A stretch of DNA of 64,000 nucleotides. It comes from an uncultured virus (IMG/VR IMGVR_UViG_3300021400_005597). Its lineage: Duplodnaviria; Heunggongvirae; Uroviricota; Caudoviricetes. The position numbers and the translations under genes are program-made. Every line of letters begins with the position of its first letter. The stretch's first letter is position 1. The DNA lies in the IMG/VR virus record IMGVR_UViG_3300021400_005597. One strand, 5' to 3'. Below the pieces are notes generated by a model. The model had not been told where the DNA came from and ran no database searches. It was given only the letters and a program-made list of their open reading frames with translations. This document shows, piece after piece, positions 58,460 to 64,000 of this stretch.

Positions 58460-60823
58460 TTAAAGATTATTTAAGTATTCTTTTATTCTTGCAACTCCGT
58501 TTAAGACTTCGCCTTCAACGGTGATTAAGGTTGGAGCACTTTGTAAGTTAAATTTTTTACAAAAATCAGGGTTTTCACTTGCCAAAATTACAATGTAGTC
58601 GATGCCTTTTTCATCTAGCATTTTCTTTGCTATCTTACAATTTGGACAGGTTTCTGTTGTTACAAGTGTAGGTTTTTCTACGCTTGGTTTATCAGTAGAA
58701 ACCGGTTCTTCTTTTTTAATCATACTATGGGATTCTCTTTCAAGTTTCTCATATTCTGTTCTATTAGCAAACTCTTGTGCCTTACCATCATTCCAGTTCT
58801 GAACAGGTCTGTAATAACCGGTAATACGGCTATATACTTCTGTCTTTTCACCGCAATGAGGACAGGTATAATGTTCGCCCGAAATATAACCGTGTTCTTT
58901 ACAAATTGAATATGTAGGCGACATTGTGTAATATGGCAGTTTATAGTTTTCTGCTATTGTTCTTACTAGTTTTGCTGCAGATTTCCAATCAGGTAATTTC
59001 TCTCCAAGGAATGTATGGAATACTGTTCCTGATGTATAAAGTGTCTGAAGTTTATCCTGAATATCAAGTGCGTCAAACACATCGATTGTATAATCTACAG
59101 GTAAATGTGATGAATTGGTATAATATGGTGTATCGCCCTTATGTCCTGCTGTGATGATATCAGGGTATTTAGCCTTATCGTGTTTAGCAAGACGGTATGC
59201 TGTACTTTCAGCAGGTGTTGCCTCTAAGTTATAAAGGTCGCCATTATACTGTTCCTGATAATCAGACAATCTTTCTCTCATATGATTAAGAACATCTTGT
59301 GCGAATTTTTGTGTTTCTTCATGAGAAAGGTCTTTTCTAAGCCAGCAGGCATTGAGTCCGGCTTCATTCATACCAACAAGTCCAATAGTGGAGAAATGGT
59401 TATTAAATGAACCCAAATATCTCTTTGTATATGGATAAAAACCACTCTCAAGTAGGGAAGTTACAGCTTCTCTCTTTAACTTAAGTGATCTTGCTGAGAT
59501 ATCCATAATTTTGTCAAGACGCTCATAAAACTCTTTCTCTGATTTAGAGAGATAAGCAATTCTTGGTAAATTGATAGTTACAACGCCGATAGAACCTGTA
59601 CTTTCACCCGAACCAAAGAATCCACCTGACTTTTTACGAAGTTCACGAAGGTCAAGACGAAGTCTGCAGCACATTGAGCGGACATCTGATGGTTCCATAT
59701 CGGAGTTGATATAATTTGAGAAATATGGAGTGCCGTATTTAGCTGTCATTTCAAATAAAAGTCTGTTATTTTCTGTATCTGACCAATCAAAGTTCTTGGT
59801 AATTGAATATGTTGGGATTGGATATTGGAATCCTCTGCCGTTAGCATCGCCTTCAATCATAATCTCAAGGAATGCCTTATTAACCATATCCATTTCCTTC
59901 TTGCAGTCTTTATAGTAGAAATCCATTTCTTTACCGCCTACAATAGCTGGTAATTCGGCCATATCAGGTGGGCATGTCCAATCAAGAGTAATGTTTGTAA
60001 ACGGTGCCTGAGTGCCCCATCTTGATGGAGTATTTACGCCATATATAAAGGATTGAATACATTGCTTAACCTGTTTATAGTCAAGATTATCTACCTTGAC
60101 AAATGGTGCAAGGTAAGTGTCAAATGATGAAAAGGCTTGTGCTCCTGCCCATTCGTTTTGCATAATGCCAAGGAAATTAACCATCTGATTACAAAGTGTG
60201 GAAAGATGTGTAGCCGGAGATGAAGAAATTTTGCCCTCTACTCCTCCTAATCCTTCCTGAATTAACTGCTTTAATGACCAACCGGCACAATAACCTGAAA
60301 GCATAGATAAATCGTGAATATGAATATCTGCATTTCTATGTGCTTCTGCAATTTCCTGATCATAAATTTCAGATAACCAGTAATTAGCTGTTAAAGCACC
60401 GGAATTGCTTAAAATAAGTCCGCCAATAGAATATGTTACGGTAGAATTTTCCTTAACTCTCCAATCGGCAACTTTAACATAATCTTCGATAATTTTTACA
60501 TAATCTACTACTGTTCTTCTTGTGTCTCTTAAATTGTCGTGCTGTTTACGGTATAAGATATATGCTTTTGCTACATCACCGTAACCTGATTCCTGAAGTG
60601 TTTTTTCAACACTATCCTGGATATCATCAATACTGATTTGTTCGCTAACGACTTTTTTCTGGAAATTAGCCGTTGTTCTTAATGCAAGAATGTCGATAAT
60701 ATCATCATTATAGTTAGTCTTTGTACTATCAAATGCCTTTTTAATAGCATTTTTGATTTTATCAAGATTAAATTCGACAATATTACCATCTCTTTGAATT
60801 ACATACAATTCGTTTGAATACAT
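58460..60823 (-). CDS. nrdD: Anaerobic (class III) ribonucleoside-triphosphate reductase with ATP-cone and C-terminal glutaredoxin-like domain
   Basis: ATP-cone; HIHDL, SMCCRL, EATPAE, CKEHG..CPHC, YSRITGYY; TCPNC. Confidence 0.95.
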   Translation of the reverse strand: MYSNELYVIQRDGNIVEFNLDKIKNAIKKAFDSTKTNYNDDIIDILALRTTANFQKKVVSEQISIDDIQDSVEKTLQESGYGDVAKAYILYRKQHDNLRDTRRTVVDYVKIIEDYVKVADWRVKENSTVTYSIGGLILSNSGALTANYWLSEIYDQEIAEAHRNADIHIHDLSMLSGYCAGWSLKQLIQEGLGGVEGKISSSPATHLSTLCNQMVNFLGIMQNEWAGAQAFSSFDTYLAPFVKVDNLDYKQVKQCIQSFIYGVNTPSRWGTQAPFTNITLDWTCPPDMAELPAIVGGKEMDFYYKDCKKEMDMVNKAFLEIMIEGDANGRGFQYPIPTYSITKNFDWSDTENNRLLFEMTAKYGTPYFSNYINSDMEPSDVRSMCCRLRLDLRELRKKSGGFFGSGESTGSIGVVTINLPRIAYLSKSEKEFYERLDKIMDISARSLKLKREAVTSLLESGFYPYTKRYLGSFNNHFSTIGLVGMNEAGLNACWLRKDLSHEETQKFAQDVLNHMRERLSDYQEQYNGDLYNLEATPAESTAYRLAKHDKAKYPDIITAGHKGDTPYYTNSSHLPVDYTIDVFDALDIQDKLQTLYTSGTVFHTFLGEKLPDWKSAAKLVRTIAENYKLPYYTMSPTYSICKEHGYISGEHYTCPHCGEKTEVYSRITGYYRPVQNWNDGKAQEFANRTEYEKLERESHSMIKKEEPVSTDKPSVEKPTLVTTETCPNCKIAKKMLDEKGIDYIVILASENPDFCKKFNLQSAPTLITVEGEVLNGVARIKEYLNNL

Positions 60824-60888
60824 AAATATCTTTCCTTTCTATTTAGATTTTTATTATATGTAAAAAATTTTTTTATTATTTGGTACAT

Positions 60889-60916
60889 AAAAAAGAGCAG
60901 GGACTCTGCTCTTTTT
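60889..60916. terminator. Bidirectional intrinsic terminator
   Basis: AAAAAGAGCAG-GGACT-CTGCTCTTTTT. Confidence 0.75.
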
Positions 60917-60938
60917 ATATTTGTTATAGATTTATTGT

Positions 60939-61670
60939 TTAATAGTCTTCTTTTGCTGCTCTTTCAAAGGCTTGAGTTAGCATATTATCAATTAACTGAC
61001 TTCGCTTATGCCTTTCAACACGAGTGCGTTTAATATTAATTATATTATCAGATATAGTGTCTGTAATATAATCACTTACGGCTTTAGAACCGTCTTTTTC
61101 AAAGATATTTAAGACTTCTTCTAAATGATTGTTTATTAAGTATTCTTTATTATCTTTAATGGCTGTCTTAATATCAGTCTTTATTCCCTTTATAAGAACA
61201 AGAGTATCAGCCAAATCTTTCATTCTTGAAAAATCACCGCCTAATTCTACAGCAGTAAGGGCTGTGTCAAGAGCGATAAGTTTAAGCCTTAAAAGGTCTT
61301 TTTCATCAATAATATTGATTGTAAGTTTATTTAACTTGCAAAGATTATTAAAATGGAGTTTGCCGGTTGATAATTCAAAGTCTTCAAGGGTAATTCCCGG
61401 AAGCATCAGGTCATTGTTAAGCCACCCTTCATCAAGAGCATATTTTCTTTTTAATGATTCGCTTAATAGTGCAATTTCGAATGGAAGTTCATATCCGACA
61501 TAATCCACATCGGTTTTATTTGTAATGTCTCTATAACCGTGCATTATCATTGCAAAACCACCTACAATATTGAGTTCATATTCAGGGTAGTCTCTTTCGG
61601 TCATAATCTGGTCAAGTTCGATTAAGGCTCTGCCCATAGGATTTTGGGCTAATTCTTTTTTGTTTCTCAT
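60939..61670 (-). CDS. Second DUF6036-like nucleotidyltransferase
   Basis: IVGGFAM...TDVD...GWLNND...LKL...R.KDLAD. Confidence 0.7.
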   Translation of the reverse strand: MRNKKELAQNPMGRALIELDQIMTERDYPEYELNIVGGFAMIMHGYRDITNKTDVDYVGYELPFEIALLSESLKRKYALDEGWLNNDLMLPGITLEDFELSTGKLHFNNLCKLNKLTINIIDEKDLLRLKLIALDTALTAVELGGDFSRMKDLADTLVLIKGIKTDIKTAIKDNKEYLINNHLEEVLNIFEKDGSKAVSDYITDTISDNIINIKRTRVERHKRSQLIDNMLTQAFERAAKEDY

Positions 61671-61927
61671 AATTCCTCCAAGTATCTGTCCTGTACCATT
61701 TCAAGGAATTCAGGTTTAAATTCATCTTTGTGTTTCTTCATGTATAAAAGCAATGATCTTCTGTCAACTTGTTCCAGTTTTTCGAGCCAGATTTCAAATT
61801 CAAATTTAGAATTGGCATTCAAAAGATGTGGAACCAATGTATAGAAATCATTCAAACTTTTCATATAATTATTTAATGGATTACCCGTATGCGGTCTTCT
61901 GTAACTCATTTGTTTTATCTCCTTCAA
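61667..61927 (-). CDS. Small partner of the NTase
   Basis: Overlaps the NTase start; motif at 61946. Confidence 0.55.
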   Translation of the reverse strand: MKEIKQMSYRRPHTGNPLNNYMKSLNDFYTLVPHLLNANSKFEFEIWLEKLEQVDRRSLLLYMKKHKDEFKPEFLEMVQDRYLEEL

Positions 61928-62009
61928 AGTTATTCTTTTATATATATATGTAAAAATAAATTGTTACTTTTTTATTATATATTATATACTTTGAAGTTAG
62001 CAATAAATG

Positions 62010-63518
62010 TTAGTTATAATCGTCGTCATCATAATCTTCATCATAATCTTCATTGTGATAGTTTGGAATACAGTCTAAAAACTGAGATAAATACAATATT
62101 GTGCGTTCATCTGTAATATCACATCCATAATTAAGTTCTGCTGCTTCAAAAAATTCTTCAGGTGAGCGGCAATAACTTGCAAGCTCGCACAATTCTGATT
62201 CCATCTGCATATCAAACTCGTCATCTTCTGAAATCCAAGGGGTTTCATAATAACCGCCATAGTCGATATCCTGATAACTATATCCACTACCATAGCCATA
62301 GAAATTGTATTTCGGCTTTGGTTCATGTTCGATTAAATCAGCAGTAAGTCCGGATAAGGCTTTTCTTTTTTCTTTATTTTGTTCGATTAGTTTATCGTTT
62401 GTTTTACAAAGACTGCTTATAAGTGCTTCTAAGCTTAATACATAGCCTTCAAACTGTGGTTGTCTTACCTTTACACCTGAATTACCATGCATATCACCAT
62501 CGCAAGGTAAACAAAGACTGCAAGCCGGCACATTTCTTTTCTTAAATGCCATACCCTCATCAAACATACCGGTAGAACCCGAGTCGTATTCGTCATTAAG
62601 GTCTTTAGGACGCTTTTTATTGCTTATAGGGGTTACTGTAAAAGTCTGTGTATCTTCTGGTTCAAGACTTAAGAGTGTCTGATAAGAAGTTTCAATCATA
62701 TCGGTACTCATATTTTCCAAAGAACACAACATTCCTTCGTCATAACCTTCATAAGTAACATCTAAGGCAATACCTTTAAGATTGTTATATCCAAGATTTC
62801 TTAGATTATCAACTATGGCTTTAAGACCTGTACATTTGCCTGATTCTTCATTTGCTGTAAAGGCGAAGATTACATTATCCGGCATCTGATTTTCCTGCAT
62901 TAAAATAGTGCTTGCTGCATTTGTGCCTAAATTATCATATGTTCCTTTGAGATACTGATTATTTTCAGATAATTCACTAAATGGTTTAGTAATTTCCTCT
63001 ACATTATCAGCATGTGATGATACAATGATAATTTCGCTATTTTTATCAAGGTCTTTAAGAGTCGGTCTATGGCAAAACAAAAAGTGGTCTTTCTCAATTA
63101 TATGATATTCAGTACACTCTAATTCCTTTTTAATGGCTTCAAGTTTATCTTTTACATAAAAACCTGTATCATTATGTGAATAACACTTTTTAGCAAGGTT
63201 TTCCAATACCTTGATATGTCTTTGTTCTCTTTCAGATAATTCAAAAGCAGGTAATGGCTCAATTTCTGGTTCTTCTTCTATATCTTCTTCTTCATCGTCT
63301 TTATAAGAAGTAGCTATCAGATCCTTGAAATCATCTTTGGTTTTTTTGCTTAATCCCTGCCGTTTAATTCTGGTTTCTTTTAAGGCGTAGGACTTGATTT
63401 CAATAGTGATTTCATCTGCTGTATTGTCAGCTCCTAATTCCTTACAATATTCAAGCCATTTATAACCCGGTACTTGAGAACGGGATATTGTTATTGTTGG
63501 GTGTTTATCTATTTCCAT
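62010..63518 (-). CDS. M28/M20-like zinc metallopeptidase domain protein
   Basis: SSHAD, GTYDN, NEESG, LDVT, MH. Confidence 0.7.
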   Translation of the reverse strand: MEIDKHPTITISRSQVPGYKWLEYCKELGADNTADEITIEIKSYALKETRIKRQGLSKKTKDDFKDLIATSYKDDEEEDIEEEPEIEPLPAFELSEREQRHIKVLENLAKKCYSHNDTGFYVKDKLEAIKKELECTEYHIIEKDHFLFCHRPTLKDLDKNSEIIIVSSHADNVEEITKPFSELSENNQYLKGTYDNLGTNAASTILMQENQMPDNVIFAFTANEESGKCTGLKAIVDNLRNLGYNNLKGIALDVTYEGYDEGMLCSLENMSTDMIETSYQTLLSLEPEDTQTFTVTPISNKKRPKDLNDEYDSGSTGMFDEGMAFKKRNVPACSLCLPCDGDMHGNSGVKVRQPQFEGYVLSLEALISSLCKTNDKLIEQNKEKRKALSGLTADLIEHEPKPKYNFYGYGSGYSYQDIDYGGYYETPWISEDDEFDMQMESELCELASYCRSPEEFFEAAELNYGCDITDERTILYLSQFLDCIPNYHNEDYDEDYDDDDYN

Positions 63519-63520
63519 TT

Positions 63521-64000
63521 TTATTCCTTTTCTACAGACTGATCATTAACTAATTCATCATATTCATCTTTAGATTTAACTAAAGTCCAATCAAAATCTT
63601 CATAGACGAATCCTTCTTCTTGGTCATATTCAAGTATAGGAAGTTCGAAACCTTCAATATATCCATTTTCATTATGGATAATACCACGATATCCCTGCTC
63701 TTCTTCCCAAGCTAAATGGAATGTGCATTTATCTGCTAATTTTTCAAGCCATGCTACGGGTGGGCACCAAGGTGTATCAAACCTGATTTCCAATTTATCG
63801 CCTTTTTTGGTTGTATAAGTATCGCAACCATTCCATTTACAGCCCCATTGCTTATAATGGTAATCATACCAATTAAAGCAGCCATATTTGTCAAAATTTT
63901 CAATATATCTGTTTCCCATTTCACACATTTCATCGATATATTCCGACTGTGTGATAAATGTTGTACATCTCATACCTATACCATCTTCATCTTTAACCCA
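63521..64000 (-). CDS. Partial DUF1281/YubB-like ferredoxin-fold protein
   Basis: NWYDY...WGCKWN, FDTPWCPP; frame open to the window edge. Confidence 0.65.
   Translation of the reverse strand, partial: WVKDEDGIGMRCTTFITQSEYIDEMCEMGNRYIENFDKYGCFNWYDYHYKQWGCKWNGCDTYTTKKGDKLEIRFDTPWCPPVAWLEKLADKCTFHLAWEEEQGYRGIIHNENGYIEGFELPILEYDQEEGFVYEDFDWTLVKSKDEYDELVNDQSVEKE

Noticed and set aside
62821..62835. Self-target of the spacer at 40410-40439
   Set aside because: Only about 10 nt (TTAAGACCTG) match, which is expected by chance
1..64000. Definite assignment as phage or as conjugative plasmid
   Set aside because: No capsid, terminase, tail, relaxase or T4SS genes are recognisable in this window

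Overview
AT-rich, gene-dense stretch of a large Firmicutes (probably Clostridia/Lachnospiraceae-type) mobile element: a megaplasmid, ICE or large temperate phage. No virion, conjugation or host core genes are recognisable here. Most genes are on the minus strand, in short cassettes that start with one conserved promoter-like motif (TTTTACATATA, about 40 copies) and end in hairpin terminators. Recognisable cargo: class III RNR, SF2 helicase, RuvC, 5'-3' and 3'-5' exonucleases, an SSB-like protein, a Dam-type MTase with a PD-(D/E)xK nuclease, NADAR and ADP-ribosylglycohydrolase, several toxin-antitoxin-like pairs, and a tyrosine integrase with an intact tRNA-Gly-type attP. The stand-out locus is 40044-42277. 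It holds a 535-aa TnpB/Cas12-like protein that has lost two of three RuvC catalytic residues, a ~190-nt structured scaffold ending in an anti-repeat, and a 7-repeat CRISPR array (36-nt repeats, 30-nt spacers). No cas1/cas2 lies nearby. It is a candidate undescribed nuclease-dead, RNA-guided type V-like system. All family calls come from motif recognition by eye, not database searches.
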